Assembly: GCF_004010195.1 (NCBI RefSeq)
Contig: NC_057718.1
Span: 11,249,569-11,313,568, forward strand
Length of the DNA: 64,000 nt
Source of the DNA: Chiloscyllium plagiosum
Taxonomy: Eukaryota
Direction: 5' to 3'
Made by a program: the position numbers and the translations under genes
The notes under the pieces: generated by a model
What the model saw: only the letters and a program-made list of their open reading frames with translations
Told to the model about the DNA's origin: nothing
The model's database searches: none
Part shown: one piece after another, positions 48,736-60,312 of the stretch
How positions within the stretch are numbered: position 1 is the first letter of the stretch
How the letters are laid out: every line of letters starts with the position of its first letter

Positions 48736-48929
48736 TTAAAAATCGCACAACACCAGGTTATAGTCCAACAGGTTTACTTGGAAGCACTAGCTTCCGGAGC
48801 GTCGCTCCTTCATCAAGTGGTGAGGAGCAGTGCTCTGAAAGCTTATACTTCCAAATAAACCTGTTGGACTATAACCTGGTGTTGTGTGATTTTTAACTTT
48901 GTCCACTCCGGTCCAACACCAGCATCTCC
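48736..48929. mobile_element. PLE-type family D inverted pair
   Basis: Arms ttaaaaatcgcacaacaccaggttatagtccaacaggttta / reverse complement; perfect 13-bp TSD aaattatagaagg (48723-35, 48930-42). Confidence 0.82.
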
Positions 48930-48944
48930 AAATTATAGAAGGGG

Positions 48945-49800
48945 TTGTTGAGACCACAATTGAATATCATGTCTGGTTCTGGTCTCCTTACTTGGTGCCA
49001 CTGGAGTCAGTGCAGAGGAGGTTCACCAGGTTGATTCCAGGGATGATAGGGCTATCACGGTGGCTCAGTGGTTACTGCTGCTGCCTCACAGGGACCTGCC
49101 AGGATCTGATTCCAGCCTCGGGCGACTGTGTGGAGTTTGCACGTTCTCCCTGTGTCTGCGTGGGTTTCCTCCGGGTGCTCCGGTTTCCTCCCACAGTCCA
49201 AAGATGTGCAGATTAGGTGAATTGGCCATGCTAAATTGTCCAGTGTTCAGGGATGGGTAGGTTAGGTGCATTAGTCAGGAGTAAATGTAGGGTAAGGGAA
49301 TGGATCTGGGTTGGACACTCTTTGGCGGGTCGGTGTGGACTTGTTGGGCCGAAGGGCCTGTTTCCACACTGTAGGGATTCATACGAGGAGCAGTTCAATA
49401 GCTCAGGCTTGTACTCGCTGGAGTTCAGAAGTGGGGGGATCTGATTGGGGTATGTAAAGTGCTAAAGGAGGTTGCTAAGGTGGACGTTGAGCAGACATTG
49501 TGGGACAGTCTGGAACAAGAGATCTGGATATAGAGTGAGAGAAGATTGGTTCAAAAATGAGATGAGGAGAAGCTGCTTTCCTCAGAGGGTCACCAATCCG
49601 TGGAAATCACTGCCCCAGAATGCAGTGGGGGCAGAATCCATCAACAAGGTGGAAATGTTTCTGAGGAAAAGCAGGATAAAGGGCTATTGGGGGCAGACAG
49701 GAAGGTCAAGTTGTGACCAGGGTAAGTGCAGCCATGATCATGTTAAATGGTGGAGCGGGTTTGATGGGCTGAGTTACCTACTCCTGCTCCTAATTCCCAT
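48945..49800 (+). mobile_element. Degenerate CR1 split by an HE1 (~49057-49381)
   Basis: EYHVWFWSPYL..LESVQRRFTRLIPGMIGLS | HE1 | YEEQFNSSGLYSLEFR. Confidence 0.85.
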
Positions 49801-50161
49801 ATCCCCACGTTAAATGTTTGTGTTACATTGGCTCTACCCAGATCAACCCATACTGAGCTTTTAGGGGGAGTAGATATATCTCTACTAGCTCCCTTAAATC
49901 CTGGTAATTCTACCTGACCCAATGTAGTTAATCTTACCCTGAAGTAAAGCTGCCTGATGTCTCAGAACAGTGTAGGTACTCTACCCTAGTGTGTCCTCTG
50001 CTGTTTCTCTCGAGATTGAGTCAGGACGAGCAAAAACAAGGAAATATAAACAGAAAGGGCTGGAGAAACTCATGAGCGGTGTCTGTGGAGAGAGAGAGAG
50101 AAACATGTTTTGTGTCTGGTGTGACTCTCCTTTGGAAGTGGCAGTAAACTATCTCAAACCA

Positions 50162-50295
50162 TATCTCATTCCTGAGGAAGGGCCTGTGCCCGAAACGTCG
50201 AATCTCCTGTTCCCTGGATGCTGCCTGACCTGCTGTGCTGTTCCAGCAATAAAGTTTCAACTTTGATCTCCAGCATCTGCAGACCTCACTTTCTC
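50162..50295 (+). mobile_element. Solo PLE terminus, family A
   Basis: TSD ctatctcaaacca / ctatcccaaacca (50149-61, 50296-308). Confidence 0.85.
50168..50203 (+). ncRNA. Minimal hammerhead ribozyme core with 4-bp stem I
   Basis: ATTC-CTGAGGA-A-GGGC-ctgt-GCCC-GAAA-CGTC-GAAT; attc pairs with gaat; activity untested. Confidence 0.7.
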
Positions 50296-50344
50296 CTATC
50301 CCAAACCAGCCCTTACTCAGTCCCACTCGCTGGCAAAAATACCA

Positions 50345-50630
50345 CACAGGAGCAGGAGTGGGCCATCTCGCCCATCGAGCCTGCTACACCATTCAGTAAG
50401 ACCATGGCTGATCGTTTCATGGGCTCAGTTCCTCTTACCCCTTCCCCCTGCTCACTATAACCCATAATTATTTTACTGTTCAAAACTCTAATCTTTAACA
50501 AGGTAGCCTCAACTGCTTCACTAGGCAAAGAATTCCACATATTCACAACCCCTCCTCAACTCCATCCTAAATCTGTTCCCCCTTATTTTGAGGCTAAGCC
50601 CCCCCCCACCTCCCCAGTTCTAATTTCACC
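50345..50630 (-). mobile_element. CR1 3' fragment
   Basis: NMWNSLPSEAVEA; reversed CR1 tail. Confidence 0.75.
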
Positions 50631-51024
50631 CAAATCCCTGATACCCCTGATTTTCCACTTGCCCAGAAAGACCCCAACCAGTTGAGTCTTCCCCTACGTT
50701 CCAGCTACCAGCCTTCCCTGACCCCCTTAGTGACTTGACTGGACTGGACCCTGCCACCTGACTCTCCTTCTGACCATAAGCCACACCCCACCCCACCCCC
50801 TACAGCTGGTCTCCTAATTCCCCAGCTCCCCGCTCGACCCAATCTGACTACCTTCCCTCCCAACTTGACCTGACTACCCTAGATCCATCTCCCGCACCTG
50901 TCACAGACTCTTGCCGTTTCACTCTGGATCAGAGTTTTATTGCCTGGGGCATCAGGCCCAGCGGCGGAGGTTTATTGACTGAAGGCAGTCTCACAGCGCA
51001 GCTTGCAGGAGGCAAAAAAAAACC

Positions 51025-51660
51025 ATTTGCATTTACATAGCACCGTCCACGACATCTGTAAGCAGTTTGCTGCCGGTTAAGTACTTTTGAAATATTGTAA
51101 TTTTGGAAATGTGGCAGTCAATTTGAGCACAGCTCCTCATAACATAGAAATTAGGAGCAAGAGTAGGCCATTCGGCCCTGCTCTCCCATTCCATATCATC
51201 ACAGCTGACTATCCAACTCAGTCTCTGCCTCCTGCCCCTATACACTTTGATCCCTTTAGCCCTAAGAACTTTATCTAACTCTTCCTCGAACATTCATTGT
51301 TTTGGTCTCTGTCTCTTCCTGTGGTAGAGAATGCCACAGGCTCCCCACTCTCTGGGTGAAGACATTTCTCTTCCTCTCAGTCCTACCCCGTATCCTTAGA
51401 CTGGGACTCTGGTTCTGCTCAGTCATTGGTGTTTACTCTGTCTAATCCTGTTAGAATTCTACGAGGCCACGACTGAGATTAGTGACCAGAAAAATCTGTT
51501 TTTGTGGTGTTAGTCAGAGGATAGGTGTTGGTTGGGACGGTGGGGAAGATTATTTCACTGGATATTTTCATGGGATCTTCTGCCCCCATCGAGGTAGTGC
51601 CTCAGCTCTAATGACTCACCTGGAAAGTGGCTGCACACTCTCACAATCGCCCTGGAGCTC
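51025..51660 (-). mobile_element. Deu-domain SINE split by a CR1 fragment (~51140-51460)
   Basis: ttgcatttacatagcacc...aagtacttttgaa...acagctcc | CR1 | tgaccagaaaaatctgttt...catgggatctt. Confidence 0.7.
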
Positions 51661-51766
51661 CTGCCTACGTTGCCTGCTCACGTTTCCTGTAAGGGAGATC
51701 CTTGATCCTGGCTCTGAGTAGGCCTCGGGCCTTCAAAGTCTGTTACAATGTCACGTTTCCAAAATG

Positions 51767-51898
51767 GGAGAAAGTGAGGGCTGCAGATGCTGGGGATCAG
51801 AGCTGAGAGTGTGTTGCTGGAAAAGCGCAGCAGGTCAGGCAGCATCCAAGGAGCAGGAGAATCGACGTTTCTGGCGTGAGCCCTTCTTCAGGAATGAG
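51767..51898 (-). mobile_element. Solo PLE terminus, family A
   Basis: ggagaaagtgagggctgcagatgctgg...gcccttcttcaggaatgag; flanks tttccaaaatgg / tctccaagatgg. Confidence 0.85.
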
Positions 51899-51982
51899 AA
51901 ATCTCCAAGATGGCCACCACGGTTGTCCATACAAAGCAATGTTGGTCTCGCTTCTGGTGGGCGCATGATATCAATGGGTTTT

Positions 51983-52430
51983 AACAACAACAACAACAAC
52001 AATTTATATTTAACTAGCGTCTTTCAGGGAATGAAAAGCCTCAGAGTGCCTCACAGGCCTCTCTCAAAGAAAAGCGTGACACCTGACCACATAATTAGGC
52101 CAAATGTCCAGAGGCTTGGTCAAAGAAGTAGGTTTTTAGGAGTGTCTGACATGAAAAGCAAGGCACAGGGGTGCAGGGAGGGAATTTCTGAGTTTGGGGG
52201 AACTGTCCAGGCACCAGTGGCAGAGAAATTAATAATCAGGGATGCACAGACAGGCCATAGTTGAGGAGCACAGATATTGCAAAGTAGCGGGGATGGAGGG
52301 GATTAGGGATAGGGAGGGCTAAGGCATGGAAGATTTGGAAACAAGAATGAGGAGTTTAAAATCTTGACTGGGAACCGATATGGGTGGGCCAGCACAGGGG
52401 GAGCAGGGGAATGGGACTTGCTGTGAGATA
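51983..52430 (-). mobile_element. L2-type LINE 3' end with (caa)n tail
   Basis: aacaacaacaatttatattta...gcttggtcaaagaagtaggtttt...ggcaccagtgg. Confidence 0.65.
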
Positions 52431-52454
52431 AAACATAAATCGAATTAAGGTTCT

Positions 52455-52740
52455 CAATTTCAAGATTGTCAGCAAGAGAGCTAGGAGTGAGATGAGGAGA
52501 AACACCTTCACTCAGGGAGTTACTGGGATTTGGAACGTGCTGCCTGGGAGAGTGAAGGAGATGGATTCCAATGGGAGGTTCCAAAAGAGAACAAGGGGGG
52601 GTTTGTTTGAATGGGACGAATTTAGAGGGATACAGAGATAGGGATTGGAGAGTAGGACTAGCTGGGTAGCTCATTTGGGAGCTGGCTACTGACAAGATGG
52701 GCCAAATGGCCTCCTTCTATCCTGCACGATTCCACAATTC
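52455..52740 (+). mobile_element. CR1 3' fragment
   Basis: Same subfamily as 42300-42580 (agattgtcagc..gag..ggagtgagatga). Confidence 0.75.
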
Positions 52741-53346
52741 CAAATGAGCAGAGGAGAGTTAGACAGTTCTTGAGTTTACTCTGTGTGGCAGGGCACCGGG
52801 ATAGCAGAGAGGCGACAAAGACTGAGGTGATGGTTTCAGTAGTGGACAAGCTGAGAGAGGGGAGGCTGTCGACGGGGATAGAGATGAGAGCTTTTGATGT
52901 TGGCTCAGAGATGGGTTTGGGACCCTCGTTTCAAGATCATACGTGGTATCAATTGGGGGACTCAATCACATGATGAGATGGAACCTCTAACATTGCTTTC
53001 ACCCCTGAGTAATTGAATCATCACCGTCCTAATCTCAAGCAGAGACTTTGATGATAAAATTACACCAACGCAGGGATACTGGGTCAGCCCTGGATCAGCA
53101 CACGCCTGGACATGTTGTGCATCTGGATTCGAATCACACCTCGGCTTGTGACAGCTGGAGAGGGAACAGGATGTTAACGAGTTTAGTCTCTGTCGATAAC
53201 AAGTCCAGCTCCAGATAATCAATTACCACAAGAATGTGACTATCAGAGTTGATAGCTCCTTCGAGACTCTGCGTGTCTCCATCAAGGACTGTCATTCTCA
53301 CTAACACTCCCCATCCCCCCCACCTCACGGCCACCTTTTGGCTTGT

Positions 53347-53500
53347 CATGATTTGGAGATGCCGGTGTTGGACTGGGATGGACAAAGTTACAAATCGCAC
53401 AACACCAGGTTATAGTCCAACAGGTTTATTTGGAAGCACTAGCTTTCGGAATTAGTATTTCCAAATAAACTGTTGGACTGTAACCTAGTGTCGTGTGAAT
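53347..53500. mobile_element. PLE-type family D inverted pair
   Basis: cacaacaccaggttatagtccaacaggtttatttggaagcactagctttcgga ... ccaaataaactgttggactgtaacc. Confidence 0.75.
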
Positions 53501-53739
53501 TGTAATGTTATCCTTTGAGAAGGGTGCAGTGGTACGTTATGTTTTCAGAGTGTGTACCTATCAGTGTAAAGACCTGCCTTTATATAGCACCTCTCGTGAC
53601 CTCAGGGCACTCCAACTAACATTGCAAGCAGTGAAGTCTTTCTCAAAGTGGACTCCCTGCTACAACGTATGGGATAATTTGCATTCACCATAAGACCACA
53701 AGATACAGAATTAATCCATTCGGCCCATCCAGGCGAATA

Positions 53740-53959
53740 CAGTCAGTTTTTCCAGAACGCGCCAGCTGCGTTCCTGTGTGACCCTGCACTATACAAAAAC
53801 CGTGCAATACCAATAACACCTAAAGTGTCAGCGATCTAATTGCATTATAGCCAACACACACTTTAAAAGTTTACACTTTAGAAATGGTGTTCCCTATTTA
53901 CCCAATCGCATTATAGTCAATTCGCTTTAACGAAGGACGCGTTACAGCAGAACTGACTG
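53740..53959. mobile_element. Tigger/pogo-like MITE
   Basis: ta-cagtcagttt..aacgcg / cgcgtt..agaactgactg-tg imperfect terminal inverted repeats. Confidence 0.7.
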
Positions 53960-54504
53960 TGTGTTTCTCAACCCCCCTCTCCCACCATCTGAGGGGAAAA
54001 GTGAGAAAGCGGATCATTTTTGGGTGAGGGATTGACCGTAGTTAGGAGGCTGGGGAGACCTCATGGTGGAAATGGATTGTGGGATTATTTTTTACAGCAC
54101 GCCAACCAGAGAGGGTAGGTGATGCCCTGACATCTCAGACAAACGAAGCCCCATCTGCCACTGTGCCTGTGCCTCAGCGCTGTGCCAGGTCTATCTGGGG
54201 TGAACCCATCGCCTCCAAACCCCGGAATGAGCAGGCTGAGAGAGCTCTGGCTGATACCAAGATGGAGTTCACAAGGTCACGTGATGAAAGTGGACAGTGC
54301 AGTGGTCAGAACATACCTCGGTGACTGTCCAATGACACCACAGAGACTTGGAGAAGGAGACTGACCCTTCTGGTTGAGTTTAGAGGAGCCATTGGAAACA
54401 TCTGGGCTGGTCAGGTGGTCATCCTGAGATGGATAGAATTGGCAAAGTAAATCCAGAACTTTACTTTAAGTTGAACTGTGGGAAAAGGCATAGGATTGAT
54501 CCAG

Positions 54505-54617
54505 GAGACACTGAGGACTGCAGATGCTGGGGATCAGAGTTGAGAGTGTGTTGCTGGAAAAGCGCAGCAGGTCAGGCAGCAACCGAGGAGCAGGAGAATC
54601 AGGCCGGACCCTTCATC
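54505..54617 (-). mobile_element. Solo PLE terminus, family A (core partly deleted)
   Basis: Perfect 13-bp TSD aggattgatccag (54492-504, 54618-30). Confidence 0.85.
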
Positions 54618-54759
54618 AGGATTGATCCAGTCTAATTCTGTACATCCTGATGTCTATCATTTCGCAATCAGGCAGGCCTGGTCCCGAAAACACACAAACT
54701 TCTCTCACCAGCTCCCTGAAAGACAGCTCCTTAAAAATCCAGCTTTCCATGGTTTACCA

Positions 54760-54818
54760 AAATGGAGACCTGTGACCAGTGGTGTCCCACAGGGATCCGT
54801 GCTGGGGCGACTCTTGTT

Positions 54819-54862
<44 letters not shown>

Positions 54863-55770
54863 GATCTGGAGGAAGGTATCAGTTGCCTCATTAGCAAGTT
54901 TGCAAATGACACCAAGATTGGTGGAGTAGCAGAAAGTGAAGGGGATTGTCAGAAAATACAGCAGAATACAGATAGATCGGAGAGATGGACAGAGAAATGG
55001 CAGATGGAGTTCAATCCAGGCAAATGCAAGGGGATGCATTTTGGAAGATCCAATTCAAGTGTGAACTATATAGTAAATGTAAAAGTCCTGGGGAAAATTG
55101 ACGTACAGAGAGATCTGGGTGTTCAGGTCCATTGTTCCCTGAAGGTCAGTAGAGTGGTCAAGAAGGCATACGGCATGCTTTCCTTCATTGGACGGGGTAT
55201 TGAGTACAAGAGTTGGCAGGTCATGTTACAATTGTATAGAACTTTGGTTTGGCCGCATTTGGAATACTGCGTACAGTTCTGGTCGCCACATTACCAAAAG
55301 GATGTGGATGCTTTGGAGAGGGTGCAGAGGAGGTTCAACAGGATGTTGCCTGGTTGAGTAGATTAAGATTATTTTCATTAGAAAGAAGGAGGTTGAGGGG
55401 GGACCTGATTGAGGTCGATAAAATCATGAGAGGTGTAGGCAGGGTGGATAGCAAGAAGCTTTTTCCCCAGAGTGGAGGACTCAATTACTAGGGGTCATGA
55501 GTTCAAAGTGAGAGGGGAAAAGTTTAGGGGAGATACACGTGGAAAGCTCTTCACGCAGAGGGTGGTGGGTGCCTGGAACACATTGCCAACAGAGGTGGGT
55601 ACAATAGCGTCATTTAAGATATATAGACAGATACATGAATGGGCAGGGAGCAGAGGGATGGAGACCCTTAGAAAAGAGGCAACAGGTTTAGATAGAGGAT
55701 CTGGATCGGTGCAGCCTTGGAGGGCCGAAAGGCCTGCTCCTGCGCTGTAATTTTCTTTGTTCTTTGTTTT
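54760..55770 (+). mobile_element. CR1 LINE, RT domain to 3' end, inactivated
   Basis: VTSGVPQGSVLG.LLF..YINDL...ISKFANDTK (ADD altered to AND)...KWQMEFN..KC...LEYCVQFWSP; (ttctttg)n tail. Confidence 0.95.
54824..54858. repeat. (TA)n microsatellite inside the CR1 RT
   Basis: About 17 perfect TA units. Confidence 0.95.
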
Positions 55771-55854
55771 TCCAAAGGCTGGAGCCTGTCCTATTAACTC
55801 CTGGTATGGCTCATTGTCAGGGTCTGTGTTAATGACGCTTTGGTGAAGTGGCTT

Positions 55855-56945
55855 GGAGCATGTTGTCAAGTAACATACGTGCCACACAAATGCCAGGCTA
55901 TGATCATCACCAATAAGAGACAATCTAATCACTGCCCCTTGACAGTCAATGGCGTTACCATCAGTGGATCCCCCACTATCAACACCCTGGGGTTATCATT
56001 GACCAGAAACACAACTGGTCTCACCACATAAACACAGTGGCTACAAGAGCACGTCAGATGCTAGGAATACTGTAGACAGTAACTCACCTCCTGACTCCCC
56101 AAAACCTGTCCATCATCTCTAAGGCACAAGTCAGGAGTGTGATGGAATACTCCCCACTTGCTTGGATGAGTGTAGTCCCAAAACATTCAAAAAACTTGAT
56201 ACCATCCAGGACAAAGCAGCCCGCTTGATTGGCACCACATCCACAAACATCCACTCCCTCCACCACCAATGCTCAGTAGCAGCAGTGTGTACTAGATTAG
56301 ATTACTTACAGTGTGGAAACAGGCCCTTCGGCCCAACAAGTCCACACTGCCCCGCCGAAGCGCAACCCACCCATACCCCTACATTTACCCCTTACCTAAC
56401 ACTACGGGCAATTTAGTATGGCCAATTCACCTGACCTGCACATCTTTGGACTGTGGGAGGAAACCGGAGCACCCGGAGGAAACCCACGCAGACACGGGGA
56501 GAACGTGCAAACTCCATACAGTCAGTCGCCTGAGGCGGGAATTGAACCCGGGTCTCTGGCGCTGTGAGGCAGCAGTGCTAACCACTGTGCCACCGTGCCG
56601 TCCACTAGCTACAAGATGCACTGCAGAAATTCACCAAAGAGCCTCAGACAGCACCTTCCAAAGCCATGACTGCTTCCATTTGGAAGGATAATGGTAGCAG
56701 ATACATGGAATACTACTCCCTTCAAGTTCCCTTCCAAGCAACTCACTATCCTGACTTGGAAATATACCGCCGTTCTTTCACTGTCTCTGGGACAAAGTCC
56801 TGGAATTCCCTCCCCAACAGCATTGAGGGTCAACCCACAGCAGGTGAACTGTAGCAGTTCAAGAAGACACCTTCTCAAGGGGCAACTTGAGACGGGCAAT
56901 AAATGCTGGGCCCAACTACTGATGCCCACCTCCCACGAGTGAATA
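55855..56945 (+). mobile_element. CR1/L2-group LINE 3' kilobase, split by an HE1
   Basis: QVT..PHKCQAM.I...KAQVRSVMEYSPLAWMS...KKLDTIQDKAARLIG...KSWNSLP; tail gggcaataaatgctggg. Confidence 0.85.
56293..56603 (-). mobile_element. HE1-type V-SINE, full length, young
   Basis: Near-identical to the reverse complement of 24321-24642; actag duplicated at 56291-95 and 56604-08. Confidence 0.95.
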
Positions 56946-57959
56946 TCGAAGGGTGACTGGCCTTTTATCATGTGATATTGTGATCCTGAGGGGCTGCAAT
57001 CGTCCCCCTGGGGGAGGGGGGGAGATCATGACATTCCTCAAGTGCAAATTTTGGGGGGGGGGGAGGAGAGGGAGAGAGTGGGCGTCATCCCACCCAAACC
57101 TCCCCCCCCCGTATAAATAACCCGTGAGGAAAGAAATGGTCAAGTGCAGGGAAAGGTTTAATCTGAAAGTCAAACACAGGCTGTGATTTGGGGAGAGGAG
57201 GGAGACAGAGCAAGTTTCGAAAGGCTGGATGTTCTCACAGCTTTGTGGCTGGGGACTTCAAGAATGTTATGAAATGCTCCGCGTGAACGAATCATCTCTC
57301 CGTTCTCTCTCTCGGAGTGTCAGGTTCCTGGCCTTTATCCTCGCTGTCCTTGAACTGAGTCGGCCATTTCAGAGGGCTGTTCAAGTTCCGCCATTTTGCT
57401 GTGGGGCCTGGAGTCACGTGTGGGCCAGACTGGGTAAGGAGGGCAGATCTCCTTTCTCGGTGGAAGGACCTCAGTGAACTAGCTGGGTGAAAGACTCAGG
57501 ATCGGTTGAGGCCTGTAGACTCAGACCGATCGATTGGATGTAACTCTGCTGGTGACGGGATTTGAACCTCTAACCCCAGATCATTGGCCTGGCTGACCTT
57601 TGCACAATGCCCATCATCTCCCCAGGTTCACAAGAAGGCGGGCAATTCGAGGTGTGGATGGGGGTCGGTGCCCAGTTGGGGGGGAGCCTAGGCCGGGATG
57701 CCATGGGGTAGAGACTGGGTCTCGTGGACGTAAAGGTAATAATGGCACAGGATTGGATTGTGCTCTCTCGGCCCCTGCAAGCTCTCTCTTTATTTCTTAC
57801 ATAGAATAGAATCATAAAATCCCGACATCAAACTCAAAGCAGTAATTATACGGCCTAGTGGTATTGCCACTGGACTAGTAATCCAGAGACAGAGATAGTG
57901 CTCTGGCCTCAAAAATGCCCCCAGTAACAAGAGAGTCCTGAACCGGGGCGGGTGGGGGG

Positions 57960-58505
57960 TCATAGCCTAAAGATATGGGATAGGACTGAGATGAGGAGAC
58001 ATTTTTCACCCAGAGAGTGGGGAGCCTGTGGAATCTCCTGGAACAGAAAGCAGTTCAGGCTAAACAGCGAATGTTTTCTGGAAGGAGTTAGATACAGCTC
58101 TTGGGGCTAATGGGATGAAAGGAAATGGGGAGAATGAGAGTTGGATGATCAGCCATGATCATGTGGAATGGTGAATCCAGCTCAGAGGGCCAAACGGTCT
58201 CTGCCTGCTCCTATTTTCTATGTTTCTCACAGTGAAGGCACTGAGTGAGGGAGTGGGTAACCGTGTGACACTGATGTTAAAGAGATTCCTAAGTGGTTTC
58301 ATGCGTTGTCCAAGATAATGGCATAAAACTGTTTTAAAACACACACAGGTGGAGAAATCCCTGGGATCTGATCAGTTGTATCCCAGAACCTTGTGGGAAG
58401 CTAGAGAAGTGATTGCGGGGCCTCTTGCTGAGATATTTGTATTATCGATAGTCACAGGTGAGGTGCCGGAAGACTGGAGGTTGTCTAACATGGTGCCACT
58501 ATTGC
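57960..58505 (+). mobile_element. CR1 fragments (3' end ~57960-58225; pre-RT ORF2 piece ~58345-58505)
   Basis: KSLGSDQLYPRTLWEAREVIAGPLAEIF..S..TGEVPEDWR. Confidence 0.8.
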
Positions 58506-58847
58506 CAAAGCATGTTATGATGCACCTCTGGAGCAGATAGGACCTGAAAGCAGGCCTCCTGGCTTAGAGATAGGGGCGTTACCACTATAACTCTGTCAGC
58601 TGATTGTGAAAACCCATTAGAGGTATGTTCATTTTGAGGCTAAAGCGGCCTGTGTGTAGCAACACTGACACCTTGTGTCTGATTAGTAGAATTACAGGCT
58701 GACGAGCAAAAATGCCCCGAGTAGAAAAAGTTTTGCTCACTTTCTGAGTGTGAGTCAGATACAGTAACAGTTCTGAAAGAGATAATGTTTGAGCTGCGCT
58801 AAGCTACACCCACCCTGAGTTGGATAAAAATAATGCATACAAGCATT

Positions 58848-59133
58848 AAGGGCAGCACGGTGGCTCAGTGGATCGCACTGCTGCTTCACAGGTCTGTTTG
58901 GAGTTTGCACATTCTCCCCGTGTCTGTGTGGGTTTCCTCCGGGTGCTCCGGTTTCCTCCCACAGTCCAAAGATGTGCAGGTCAGGTGAATTGGCCATGCT
59001 AAATTGCTCGTAGTGTTAGGTGCATTAGTCCGAGGGAAATGGGTCTGGGTGGGTTACTGTTTGGAGGGTCGGTGTGGACTTGTTGGGCCGAAGGGCCTGT
59101 TTCCACACTGTAGGGAATCTAATCTAATCTAAT
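58848..59133 (+). mobile_element. HE1-type V-SINE
   Basis: gggcagcacggtggctcagtgg...V-domain...aatctaatctaatctaa. Confidence 0.9.
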
Positions 59134-59409
59134 TAGGGAGAAAATAGGAGTCTGGCATTAGGTAATGTTGCTTATTTAACAGGCTGGTATGAGTTCGATG
59201 ACTGAATGGCCTCTTTCTGTGTAAAACTTCTGTGATGGTGGAGAATTAGCTGGTATCTAGCACAGTCACACACACACGTCCTCTATCTTTTGTTGCTAAT
59301 GGTTAAAAAGCTTAAGGGTTAATGTAACATGTATATAGTTACTGGGATATCATATAATATTGTAATACAAGACAATAGCTACGTTTGCTGAGAATTATTC
59401 TCCACCTAA

Positions 59410-59810
59410 CCATCTTCAACTATTTCATCAATGACTTTCCCTCCATCACAAGGTCAGAAAGTGGGGATGTTCACTGATGATTGCACAATGTTCAGCCCCA
59501 TTCACGACCCCTCAGGTACTGAAGCAGTCCATGTTCAAATGCAACGCGATCCAGGCTTGGGCTGACAAGTGGCAAGTAACATTCCTTCCACACAAATACC
59601 AGGCAGTGACCATCTCCAATAAGAGACGAGCTAACCACTGCCCCTTGACGTTCAATGGTGTTACTATCACTGAGTCCCCCACTATCAACATCCTGGGGGG
59701 TTACCATTGACCAGACACTCAAATGGATCCACTAGTGGCTACAAGAGCAGGTCAGAGGCTGGGAGTACTGTGACATGTAATCCTGACTCCCCGAAACCTA
59801 TCCACCAGCC
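59410..59810 (+). mobile_element. CR1/L2-group LINE RT fragment
   Basis: FINDFPS...MFTDD...IQAWADKWQVTFLPHKYQAVTIS; same family as 55855. Confidence 0.8.
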
Positions 59811-59831
59811 TCACCTGGAGCACATGTTTGT

Positions 59832-60147
59832 GGGCATCACAGTGGCTCAATGGTTAGCACTGCTTCCCCACAGGGCCAGGGTCCCAGGTTCGATTACAGC
59901 CTCGGGCGACTGTCTGTGTCGAGTTTGCACATTCTCCCTGTGTCTGCGTGGGATTCCTCTGGGTGCTCCGGTTTCCTCCCACAGTCCAAAGATGTGCAGG
60001 TTAGGTGAATTGGCCATGCTAAATTGCTCGTAGTGTTAGGTGCATTAGTCAGAGGGAAATGGGTCTGGGTGGGTTACTCTTCAGAGGGTCGGTGTGGACT
60101 TGTTGGGGCTGAAGGGCTTGTCCCTACACTGTCGGGATTGTAATCTA
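59832..60147 (+). mobile_element. HE1-type V-SINE
   Basis: tRNA head, V-domain and CR1-like tail. Confidence 0.9.
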
Positions 60148-60195
60148 CAATGCCCAGGTCAGGACAGTAGCCATTGCACGCATGTATGACCAAGG

Positions 60196-60312
60196 GCTTT
60201 TGTCCGAAACATCGATTTCGAAGCTCCTTGGATGCTGCCTGAACTGCTGTGCTCTTCCAGCACCACTAACCAGAATCTGGTTTCCAGCATCTGCAGTCAT
60301 TGTTTTTACCTC
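60196..60312 (+). mobile_element. Solo PLE terminus (same subfamily as 43183)
   Basis: aagggcttttgtccgaaacatcgatttcgaagctccttggatgctgcctgaactgctg...cattgtttttacctc. Confidence 0.85.

Noticed and set aside
54079..54324. 81-aa ORF in unique sequence after a tttttacag acceptor
   Set aside because: No recognisable domain and no linked exons; not enough to call.
54779..55357. Functional reverse transcriptase gene
   Set aside because: 5'-truncated, frameshifted by (TA)n, catalytic ADD changed to AND, with deletions downstream.
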